Positions 24,750 to 32,000 of a stretch of DNA of 32,000 nt are shown here, piece by piece. The translations under genes were made by a program, and so were the position numbers. Position 1 is the stretch's first letter. Each line of letters opens with the position of its first letter. The stretch comes from Thermodesulfobacterium commune DSM 2178 (GTDB lineage Bacteria; Desulfobacterota; Thermodesulfobacteria; Thermodesulfobacteriales; Thermodesulfobacteriaceae), in contig NZ_CP008796.1 of assembly GCF_000734015.1 (NCBI RefSeq), forward strand, positions 390,001 through 422,000, in the 5' to 3' direction. The notes beneath the pieces are model-generated. The model did no database searches, was not told where the DNA came from, and saw only the letters and a program-made list of their open reading frames with translations.

Positions 24750-27032
24750 ATGTGGGGCAAAAAAGCTTTATTTTTTATTTTGGCTTTAAAAATATTTTTT
24801 GTTTCTAAGGGTTTTGCAGAGGAGATCGATAAGGAAAGGTTGGAAAAAGAGGAATCTTTACCTGAAGTAATAGTTACTAGTGAAAAAATAATTACCCCTA
24901 CCAAAGAGACAGCAGAAACAGTTTATACAGGGATCGGGATCACCAAAAAAGGTATTGAACTATCTGGAGAAAGGGGTAGTAGCAACGTTTGGTCTATCTT
25001 AAATATTTTACCAGGGGTATATTTTGAAACTCCTGATCCTGCAGGTATTTCTTCAACTCAGAGAAGTATAACGATAAGAGGTGTTTCTGGTTCCTTGGGA
25101 ACGATGTCTGTTGAAGGGGTCCCTGTTTACGGAGGAAACCCTATCGGTCCAAGGGAATACATTTTTGATTTAGAAAACTTGGAGGCAATCGATGTCTACA
25201 GAGGGGTTATTCCTGTTGACCTTGGAACAGGTGCAGGAACAAGAGGGGGAACGGTTGAGTTAAAACCAAAATGGGCAAAAGATAAATTTGGGTTTGAATT
25301 TAAACAGGGCTTAGGGATGAATGATTATACTAAAACCTTCTTAAGGGTTGATTCGGGTAAATTACCGTCCTTAGGCACTAAGCTTTCCCTTTCTTATTCT
25401 TATGCAGAGGCAGATAAGTGGAGAGGCAAGGGAAAACTTGGTCCAAGAGAAAACCTAAACTTTACTTTGGTTCAGGCTTTAGGAAATAGAATTAACATAA
25501 AACTTTGGGCAAACTATAATGACCTTGACCATCATAAGTATGCTACTCTTTCATATCCAGATGCTAAGAAAGATAGATGGTTAGACTATAATGAAAACTT
25601 TACGGGCAATTCTACAAAAGATTGGTATTACTATAAATATCAGAAACTTGGATGGACAAATAAAGACTATTATGCCTTTTTAGATATAAAATTGTTAGAC
25701 CAATTGATGCTTCAGATAAAACCTTATTACAGAATAGAAGAAAAAGAGGATTGGAGCGGAACTATAAGCATCTCAGGTCCTATGAGACAAAGTAAACCAG
25801 GAGTAACCTGGAGTGGATGGGAGGTTAAAAGAAAAGGGGCTTTAACTCAACTTGTTTTTGATTTAAAGTTTGTTAGAGGACTTTTAGGTTACCATTACGA
25901 GCTTCAAGAGTGGGATGACAGACCTTCTAAAAACTATTGGTTAAACCCTGATGGTAGCTTAACTTTTATTGGATGGGGTAGATTTACCAAAAGTATTTCA
26001 GATGGCTATTCTTCAAGTCCTTACCTTAAGTTTGCAGGAAACATAGGTAAACTAAACTGGCAAGCAGGTCTTCAATATATAAAGAAAAAAGACGGAAAAA
26101 ATGAAGGATACATTACTCAATACAACGGAACAGTGCCTTACTTGCTAAGAGAGCCTAAACTTGACTATGGTGGAAGAAGTTATTCTGCTTGGGTCCCTTC
26201 CTTTGGTCTTTCATATTCTTTTAATGAAAAAATAGAAGTTTATACAAGCTTTGGTAAAACTTTTCAAACTCCTTATATGTATATGCCTATCGTAAACCTT
26301 TATTATCGCCTTTATGAGAAATTCAAAAAGATGGGCATAACTTTAGATGACCTGTTTAACGATTATAAGTGTGAAGAAACTTATAACTGGGATTTGGGGC
26401 TTAGGATTAGAGCAGAGAAATTTGAGTTATATCCAACTGTTTACTTCTCTAAACACAAAAACTTAAACACGCCTTTTACTCCAGGATGGAAAGATCCTGA
26501 TAACCCTGCCCAGCTTCTGATTGATCCTTCTACTGGTAGACCTGTAAGTTTTAATACCTTTATCGGTAAGGCGAGAGGATATGGTTTTGAGCTTGCTTCA
26601 ACCTTTCATCTTACAGATAAATTTTCCTTATTTTTTAACCCATCTTATGTAAAGATGAAATATGATGGAGACATCATAAGTGCCGGAACTCGTTATCCTG
26701 TGGATGGAAAACAAGTAATAGGAGTTCCAGAAAAGATGCTCACTACAGGACTTATAGCAAGGTATAAAGGTTTTGAAATAGTTCCCAGATTTAGGTATGT
26801 GGGTAGTTACTACGGTAATTTAGCACGTACAGAGAAGGTTTCTGGGTATGAAGTCTTTGATTTGATGGTTTCTTACAATAAAGAAGAAATAAGAAGTTTA
26901 AGGCTCAAAAACCTTAGGTTAACCGTTGAGTTTAACAATCTGTTTGATAGAAGATATATTTTTGGTACCAGCAATAACTATTACCCAGGAACTCCTTTTA
27001 ATGTCTTTGGGTCTATATCCTTTAATTTTTAA
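24750..27032 (+). CDS. TonB-dependent outer-membrane receptor
   Basis: 760 aa. The signal peptide is ...ALKIFFVSKGFA. The TonB-box/plug start is LPEVIVTSEK. The plug region is ...ILNILPGVYFE...ITIRGVSG...VPVYGG...LENLEAIDVYRG. A long beta-barrel follows, with a terminal ...ISFNF aromatic residue. Confidence 0.9.
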   Translation: MWGKKALFFILALKIFFVSKGFAEEIDKERLEKEESLPEVIVTSEKIITPTKETAETVYTGIGITKKGIELSGERGSSNVWSILNILPGVYFETPDPAGISSTQRSITIRGVSGSLGTMSVEGVPVYGGNPIGPREYIFDLENLEAIDVYRGVIPVDLGTGAGTRGGTVELKPKWAKDKFGFEFKQGLGMNDYTKTFLRVDSGKLPSLGTKLSLSYSYAEADKWRGKGKLGPRENLNFTLVQALGNRINIKLWANYNDLDHHKYATLSYPDAKKDRWLDYNENFTGNSTKDWYYYKYQKLGWTNKDYYAFLDIKLLDQLMLQIKPYYRIEEKEDWSGTISISGPMRQSKPGVTWSGWEVKRKGALTQLVFDLKFVRGLLGYHYELQEWDDRPSKNYWLNPDGSLTFIGWGRFTKSISDGYSSSPYLKFAGNIGKLNWQAGLQYIKKKDGKNEGYITQYNGTVPYLLREPKLDYGGRSYSAWVPSFGLSYSFNEKIEVYTSFGKTFQTPYMYMPIVNLYYRLYEKFKKMGITLDDLFNDYKCEETYNWDLGLRIRAEKFELYPTVYFSKHKNLNTPFTPGWKDPDNPAQLLIDPSTGRPVSFNTFIGKARGYGFELASTFHLTDKFSLFFNPSYVKMKYDGDIISAGTRYPVDGKQVIGVPEKMLTTGLIARYKGFEIVPRFRYVGSYYGNLARTEKVSGYEVFDLMVSYNKEEIRSLRLKNLRLTVEFNNLFDRRYIFGTSNNYYPGTPFNVFGSISFNF

Positions 27033-27056
27033 AAGTAAAAAAAGGGGGGTTATAAA

Positions 27057-27890
27057 ATGAAAAATCTTAAAAAAATTTTATTTTTAAGCTTCTTTCTCAT
27101 AAGTTTAAATTTTTCCTTGGCTCAAGCAGAAGGTAGACTTTATCTTGTTAGCACCGGGGTTGGAGACCCTGATAATTTGACCTTAAGGGCTTATGAAGTT
27201 ATCAAAAAAGCTGATGTTATCTTTTGCAGTAAATGGACTTGTGAAAGGGTAAAAAATTTAATTGAGGGAAAGGAGGTTTATGATGCAGGATTTGGTATTT
27301 TTCATCTTTTTTATCGAAAAGATAGAGGGAACCCTAAATCTCAGATAGAAATAAAGTCTTTAAGTTTTGATGAAAAAGAAAAAAGAAAAGAGCTTGAAAA
27401 GATAACCAAGATCATAAGAGAAGCTGTTAAGCAAGGTAAGGTGGTAGCCGTTCTTGAAGACGGTGATCCTACTATCTACGGTCCACATATATGGTATGTG
27501 GAGGCATTTAAAGACTTAAACCCAGAAATCATTCCTGGGGTTAGTTCTTTTAATGCAGCTAATGCTGCTATAAGAAAGAGCATCACCGGAGGTAAGGCCC
27601 AAAGTGTAACCCTTGCTGCAGGATTTTCTGACCTTGAGGCCCTTGCTAAAACAGGCACAAACCTTGTTATTTTTACCATGAGAATAAAAGACATAACTGA
27701 AGTTTTAAAGAAGATAGAAAAATATTACTCTCCAAAAACTCAAGTAATCTTTGTTTTGCATGCTGGTTATAAAGAAAAGGAAAGGGTTATAGCTGGAACC
27801 TTTGAAGATATCTATGAAAAAATCAGAGGAATTCAACTTCCTTTTGAATATTTAGTGTATGTGGGGGATTTTGGAGATTTTGATGAATAA
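27057..27890 (+). CDS. Tetrapyrrole-methylase-fold protein (CbiF/CobM precorrin-4 methyltransferase-like) carrying an N-terminal signal peptide
   Basis: 277 aa. MKNLKKILFLSFFLISLNFSLAQA is a typical Sec signal with an AxA site. The mature part has LYLVSTGVGDPDNLTLRAYEVIKKADVIF, VAVLEDGDPTIYGP, IIPGVSSFNAANAA and EYLVYVGDF, which are colinear with CbiF/CobM blocks. Confidence 0.7.
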   Translation: MKNLKKILFLSFFLISLNFSLAQAEGRLYLVSTGVGDPDNLTLRAYEVIKKADVIFCSKWTCERVKNLIEGKEVYDAGFGIFHLFYRKDRGNPKSQIEIKSLSFDEKEKRKELEKITKIIREAVKQGKVVAVLEDGDPTIYGPHIWYVEAFKDLNPEIIPGVSSFNAANAAIRKSITGGKAQSVTLAAGFSDLEALAKTGTNLVIFTMRIKDITEVLKKIEKYYSPKTQVIFVLHAGYKEKERVIAGTFEDIYEKIRGIQLPFEYLVYVGDFGDFDE

Positions 27891-29238
27891 AAATGTTACT
27901 CAAATTGAAATTAACTATGGATTTAAGGAAGAAAAACTGGTTTTAAAAAGAGAGATAGGGCTTATTCCTGCTATCATGCTTGTTGTGGGAAACACCGTAG
28001 GAACAGGTATTTTTACCACCTCTGGATTCATTATAAAGGAACTTAGAGATCCAGTGGCTCTTCTTTTTCTGTGGCTCTTAGGAGGTCTGATTGCTTTTTT
28101 TGGTGCTCTTAGTTACGCTGAGCTTGGTAGACTTTTTCCTCGGGCAGGAGGAGAATATGTTTTTTTGAAGGAAACTTTTGGCGAGATTTTTGGATTCCTT
28201 GCTGGCTGGATTTCGCTTATCGTTGGTTTTTCTGCTCCTATTGCTGCAACAGCTATTGCCTTTTCAAAATACTTCTTAGAACTTTTTTCCATACAAACCT
28301 CAGAACTAATCTCCAAACTTTTAGCTGTATCAGTGATTTTACTTCTTTCTTTAGTTCATACCCAACGAATTAAAATAGGGGCTAATTTTCAAACAGGAAT
28401 AACTCTCTTTAAAGTTTTTTTTCTTTTTACCTTTATTTTCTTTGGATTCATATACGCTAAAGAAGGAATGACTAACTTTGAGATCGGAAGTTTAGTTCCA
28501 AAAAAAGAGGCACTATTAAGCTTAAGTTTTCCTGTTTCTCTTATCTATGTTATGTATGCCTACAGTGGATGGAATGCTGCAACCTATATAGGAGAAGAGA
28601 TAAAAAATCCACAAAAAAACATTCCTTTAGCCCTTTTGTTAGGAATTTTAGTGATTGCAACTTTGTATCTGGGGACAAACTACCTTTATGTTAAAGTTCT
28701 TTCTTTTGAAGAGATGGCTGGCGTTGTGGAGTTAGGGGCTAAGACAGCCGAAAAAGTTTTTGGAAAAGAACTTTCTTTTATTTTTACTGCTGGTATTACC
28801 TTGGGACTTCTTTCTGTTTTAAGTGCTATGATACTTGCCGGACCAAGGGTATATTATGCTATGGCAAGGGATGGGGTATTCTTTAAAGTATTTTCAAAAA
28901 TTCATCCAGAAAAAAAGACCCCTATTTTTTCTATACTCCTTCAAGCACTAATTGCTATTTTTATGGTTTTGACTTCAACCTTTGAAGCTCTTCTTCTTTA
29001 CATAGGATTTACTTTATCTCTATGTGCAAGCCTGACAGTTTTAGGTCTTATGAAACTTAAGAAAAAATTTATTTTCTCAGCTTTTGCTTTTATTTTGGTT
29101 AACCTCTGGATGATTATTTTTACTATCGTTACTAAGCCTCTAACCCTTTTAGCAGGAATGTTAACTATCTTAGCAGGCTTAACACTGTATTATTTCAAAT
29201 TTAATCAAAAATTAAAAACAAAGGGGGGTAAAGCATGA
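27883..29238 (+). CDS. APC-superfamily amino acid/polyamine-type permease
   Basis: The track ORF starts at 27859. I prefer ATG 27883 because GGAGA lies 6 nt upstream and it gives an ATGAATAA overlap with the upstream stop. The protein has ~12 TMS and the N-terminal block ...LIPAIMLVVGNTVGTGIFTTSGF.... Another block is ...YAYSGWNAATYIGEEIKNPQKNIP.... Confidence 0.8.
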   Translation: MNKNVTQIEINYGFKEEKLVLKREIGLIPAIMLVVGNTVGTGIFTTSGFIIKELRDPVALLFLWLLGGLIAFFGALSYAELGRLFPRAGGEYVFLKETFGEIFGFLAGWISLIVGFSAPIAATAIAFSKYFLELFSIQTSELISKLLAVSVILLLSLVHTQRIKIGANFQTGITLFKVFFLFTFIFFGFIYAKEGMTNFEIGSLVPKKEALLSLSFPVSLIYVMYAYSGWNAATYIGEEIKNPQKNIPLALLLGILVIATLYLGTNYLYVKVLSFEEMAGVVELGAKTAEKVFGKELSFIFTAGITLGLLSVLSAMILAGPRVYYAMARDGVFFKVFSKIHPEKKTPIFSILLQALIAIFMVLTSTFEALLLYIGFTLSLCASLTVLGLMKLKKKFIFSAFAFILVNLWMIIFTIVTKPLTLLAGMLTILAGLTLYYFKFNQKLKTKGGKA

Positions 29239-29951
29239 AAAAATTTATTTTAAGTTTGGTTTTTATGTTTTTAACTTTTTTGTTCTGGGTAAAGATCGGT
29301 TTTTGTCATATGCTTTGGATAGAAGAAACTGACGGAAGGTTTAAAGTTCTTTGGGGACATAAAGGGAAGGTCGAATCTTATAATCCTGCAGCAATAAAAG
29401 AAATTAAAGCTTTTGATAAAAAAGGAAAATCTGTAACACTAAAAAAAGAAATAATTAATAACCAACTCCTTCTTTCAGGTAAAGAAAAGCCTTCTTTAAT
29501 CCTTGCTTCTATGGATGGGGTTTATCTGGTTACTACACCAGAAGGGAGAAAAAGAATGGATAAAATTGAAGCTCAAAAACAGGGTTTGCAAGTGGTAGAA
29601 AGTTTTTATGTGATTCAAGCAACCAAAGCAATTTTTACAGATTCATCTCTTCTAAAAAAACCCTTAGGATTAAAGCTTGAACCAGTTTTTGTAGAAACTC
29701 CATATGAAAGAAAAGACGAAGTTGTAATAAAGGTCTTATATGAAGGTAAACCAGCTGAAGGTGTAACCATTTTTAACCCTTTTCATAAAGAATTAGCTAA
29801 AACTGACACAAATGGGATAGCAAGAATAAGGGTTGAAGACCTTAAGATGAAAGAAAATTACTATGCCTTGGTGTGTTTTTATAAGTTAAAGATTTCAGAC
29901 CCTAAAGCTGACTATCTCTGGCTTATTACCTCTCTTACCTGGCAAAGATAA
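29235..29951 (+). CDS. Exported DUF4198-like (NikK/COG5266-type) putative periplasmic metal-binding protein
   Basis: 238 aa. After the signal peptide, HMLWIEE immediately follows the predicted cleavage region (the H-x-x-W start typical of DUF4198). The C-terminal beta-sandwich is ...VLYEGKPAEGVTIF...TDTNGIARI.... ATGA overlaps the upstream stop. Confidence 0.5.
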   Translation: MKKFILSLVFMFLTFLFWVKIGFCHMLWIEETDGRFKVLWGHKGKVESYNPAAIKEIKAFDKKGKSVTLKKEIINNQLLLSGKEKPSLILASMDGVYLVTTPEGRKRMDKIEAQKQGLQVVESFYVIQATKAIFTDSSLLKKPLGLKLEPVFVETPYERKDEVVIKVLYEGKPAEGVTIFNPFHKELAKTDTNGIARIRVEDLKMKENYYALVCFYKLKISDPKADYLWLITSLTWQR

Positions 29952-29977
29952 AATTTATAATAGGTGGGGGTAAAAGC

Positions 29978-30433
29978 ATGAAGAAGGTTTTGTTATTAAC
30001 ATGTTTTTTACTGTGTATAAGTTTTTTGGAAAAAATGTTTGCTCATGAGGTTAGTTATCAGGTAAGAGAAAGGGAGGGTATTTGTGTAAGTTTCTTTTTT
30101 GCAGATAAATCACCGATGAACTATGCAGAGATAGAAGTTTATTCACCAGATGAAAAAATACCTTTTCAAAAAGCAAGGACTGATAAAAACGGGATTTTTT
30201 GTTTTATGCCAGATAAAAAAGGTATTTGGAAGGTTATAGCGAAGGGAGAGACAGAACACGGGCTTCATAGTACAGAGATTGAAATAAAAATAAAGGATAA
30301 TTTAGATATAGCTCACTTTAAGAAGCCACTTATCGCTTCCCATATAAGGTTTTTTATCGCTTTTGGAATTGCAGGGTGGATTATAGGGATAACGGGTATT
30401 TATCTGTTCTTAAGGTCAAGAAAGTCTATTTAG
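29978..30433 (+). CDS. Small exported beta-sandwich protein (carboxypeptidase-regulatory/transthyretin-like) with a C-terminal membrane anchor, unknown function
   Basis: 151 aa. The signal peptide ends ...EKMFA followed by HEV. ...EIEVYSPDEKIPFQKARTDKNGIFCFMPDKKGIWKV... is the beta-sandwich region. The C-terminal TM is FFIAFGIAGWIIGITGIYLFL. Confidence 0.5.
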   Translation: MKKVLLLTCFLLCISFLEKMFAHEVSYQVREREGICVSFFFADKSPMNYAEIEVYSPDEKIPFQKARTDKNGIFCFMPDKKGIWKVIAKGETEHGLHSTEIEIKIKDNLDIAHFKKPLIASHIRFFIAFGIAGWIIGITGIYLFLRSRKSI

Positions 30434-30523
30434 AATTGCAAAAATATTCTTACTTCGAATAACAAAAATAAAAATTAGACTCAAAAAAGAAGAGTTCTAT
30501 TATTTTTAGAAAAAGAAAAAAAG

Positions 30524-30598
30524 CGCCCCCAAGGGGATTCGAACCCCTGTCGCCGGCGTGAAAGGCCGGTGTCCTGGACCTGGCTAGACGATGGGGGC
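30524..30598 (-). tRNA. tRNA-Glu (anticodon UUC)
   Basis: Reverse strand reads GCCCCCATCGTCTAGCCAGGTCCAGGACACCGGCCTTTCACGCCGGCGACAGGGGTTCGAATCCCCTTGGGGGCG. The acceptor stem is GCCCCCA/TGGGGGC. The anticodon stem CCGGC/GCCGG carries loop CTTTCAC. Confidence 0.9.
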
Positions 30599-30611
30599 AC
30601 AACTCTTTATA

Positions 30612-30684
30612 TGGGCCGGGCAGGACTCGAACCTGCGACTCTCGGCTTAAAAGGCCGATACTCTACCGACTGAGTTACCGGCCC
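30612..30684 (-). tRNA. tRNA-Lys (anticodon UUU)
   Basis: Reverse strand reads GGGCCGGTAACTCAGTCGGTAGAGTATCGGCCTTTTAAGCCGAGAGTCGCAGGTTCGAGTCCTGCCCGGCCCA. The anticodon stem TCGGC/GCCGA carries loop CTTTTAA. Confidence 0.9.
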
Positions 30685-30730
30685 ACCGTTTTTTTAAACT
30701 TTTTTAAATATAAACGGTTTCTTGGTTTTG

Positions 30731-31423
30731 TCAAGATATGTTTTTTATTTTTACTTCTATCTCTTGGATTTCTTCTGGGACACCTTTTAAGGCTTTAACA
30801 AAACCTAAAAGAGGATAGGCTAAAATGTCTGCTACAAAATCTTTAAGAGGAACCTTCTTTCCGTTAACCTTTAGTATCACCTTTTCTCTTTTCTGCTCTA
30901 TAAAATCTTTTAAAAAACTCAAAAGCTCCTCTTCTTGCTCTATACTAAAAAAAGTTTCTTCAGGAAACTTGTTTTTCCACCACTCTATGTCTTCTTTCAC
31001 CACAAAACCTAAAAGATTCTTAAGTTCCTTTTTTACTAAGTTTAAATCCTCTTCTTTATCCTTTAAGACCCAAAGTTTAGGGAGAATGTCTACATTCTTG
31101 AAGCCCTCAAACAAAACTAAGTCATATCCCCAAAAAACTGATAGAAAATAACTGTACCAGTCTTTAAAAGAAGTGAGATTGTTTTTTTGAGGGTCTAAAT
31201 AAAGAGTAATTATTTTTTCCTGAAAAAGAACAACCCCAGAAGCTCCGTTTTCTCTGTAAATCCAAGTGTCTTTATTAGGTATATCCGTAAAAATTTCTTT
31301 CTCTTTACAAGATTTAACTACCCCTACCTTATATCCCTCTTCAGTTAATCTTTTAACTAAAAAAGAACCTATGGTAGTTTTTCCAGATCCACTATAACCT
31401 GATAGTGCGAGAAAACAGGGCAT
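30731..31423 (-). CDS. mobB: MobB-like P-loop protein (molybdopterin-guanine dinucleotide biosynthesis adaptor) with a ~70-aa C-terminal extension
   Basis: 230 aa. The N-terminus LALSGYSGSGKTTIGSFLVKRLTEEGYKVGVVKS is the MobB Walker A context. The C-terminal third (...KVILKVNGKKVPLKDFVADILAYPLLGFVKALKGV...) is extra relative to ~170-aa MobB. Confidence 0.65.
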   Translation of the reverse strand: MPCFLALSGYSGSGKTTIGSFLVKRLTEEGYKVGVVKSCKEKEIFTDIPNKDTWIYRENGASGVVLFQEKIITLYLDPQKNNLTSFKDWYSYFLSVFWGYDLVLFEGFKNVDILPKLWVLKDKEEDLNLVKKELKNLLGFVVKEDIEWWKNKFPEETFFSIEQEEELLSFLKDFIEQKREKVILKVNGKKVPLKDFVADILAYPLLGFVKALKGVPEEIQEIEVKIKNIS

Positions 31424-31434
31424 GATAGATGACT

Positions 31435-32000
31435 TTACAGATTGAATTCTTCACCAGGCTTTAAAGGATGTATCTTAATCTCAAGCCCATATTTTTTTAT
31501 CTCGTTTTCTAAATCTTCTACCTTACCTGAGAGCACAGGAAAAGTCCCATAATGCATAGGGATAACTACTTTAGGCCTGATAAGTTCACAAGCCTTGGCA
31601 GCCTCTTTAGGCCCCATTACGTAATGGTCTCCTATTGGTAATAAGGCTATCTCAGGGGTATAGAGTTCACCGATTAACTTCATGTCTGAAAAGACCCCGG
31701 TATCACCTGCATGATAGATGGTTAAGCCATTTTCAAGGGTGATCACAAAACCGCAGGGTTCTCCTCCGTAGCTTCCATCAGGAAAAGAAGAACTGTGTAA
31801 GGCTGGCACCATGGTAAAACTAATACCATCTGAACGATAAGTTCCACCTATGTTCATGCCTATAGCTTTAGTAGCACCTTTCCGAAGGAGATATTGCTGA
31901 ATTTCATGGATTGCGATAATTTCCCCACCTTTTTTAGAAAGGGATAAGGCTTCCCCTAAATGGTCTCCATGGGCATGGGTGATAAGGATATAGTCATAAG
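31435..32000 (-). CDS. UPF0173-type metal-dependent hydrolase (metallo-beta-lactamase fold), 5' end beyond the right window edge
   Basis: The track shows 31435-31857 from an internal Met. The frame stays open to the edge and reads ...YDYILITHAHGDHLGEALSLSKKGGEIIAIHEI... (HxHxDH motif), then ...IYHAGDTGVFSDM...PIGDHYVMGP...IPMHYGTFP. Confidence 0.85.
   Translation of the reverse strand, partial: YDYILITHAHGDHLGEALSLSKKGGEIIAIHEIQQYLLRKGATKAIGMNIGGTYRSDGISFTMVPALHSSSFPDGSYGGEPCGFVITLENGLTIYHAGDTGVFSDMKLIGELYTPEIALLPIGDHYVMGPKEAAKACELIRPKVVIPMHYGTFPVLSGKVEDLENEIKKYGLEIKIHPLKPGEEFNL

Noticed and set aside
30434-30523. AGACTC-N9-GAGTTCT as a terminator between the uptake operon and the convergent tRNA genes
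   Set aside because: The stem is imperfect (one bulge), only 6 bp and AT-rich, and lacks a clean U-tract on either strand.

Overview
AT-rich bacterial chromosomal window. The Lys/Glu/Ile-rich proteins and many sigma-54 activators suggest a thermophilic, deep-branching sulfate-reducer-like lineage, but this is inference only. All family calls come from motifs read by eye, with no database search. Left to right: (1) nusA(partial)-rimP preceded by tRNA-Gly. (2) A self-contained sigma-54 circuit: a sensor kinase with a CxxCH haem-c motif, an NtrC-type activator, a 20-bp palindrome, a -24/-12 promoter, a YeiH-family transporter with a small membrane partner, and a terminator. (3) Three adjacent genes (FmdE-like, TauE/SafE, ACR3) carrying six frameshifts in total. 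(4) An MFS transporter cassette bracketed by a perfect 316-bp direct repeat that duplicates the 3' end of a glutamate-synthase gene. (5) A nitrogen-assimilation island at about 12-22.8 kb. It holds an archaeal-type split glutamate synthase (three genes), a degenerate sigma-54-activator-like pseudo-ATPase, glnA, a divergent GAF-domain sigma-54 activator, and a porin-amtB-PII-GATase1 operon. I could read three well-formed -24/-12 promoters here and one weaker one. (6) chrA. (7) A tightly packed five-gene operon: a TonB-dependent receptor, a signal-peptide-bearing CbiF/CobM-like tetrapyrrole-methylase homologue, an APC permease, a DUF4198-like protein and a small anchored beta-sandwich protein. 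(8) tRNA-Glu, tRNA-Lys, mobB-like and a partial UPF0173 metallo-hydrolase gene. I saw no CRISPR array, transposase, integrase, phage gene or recognisable defence system. The best candidates for undescribed biology are the exported CbiF-like/TonB operon, the degenerate activator with the glnA terminator buried in its 5' end, the haem-sensor/YeiH circuit, and the repeat-flanked MFS cassette.
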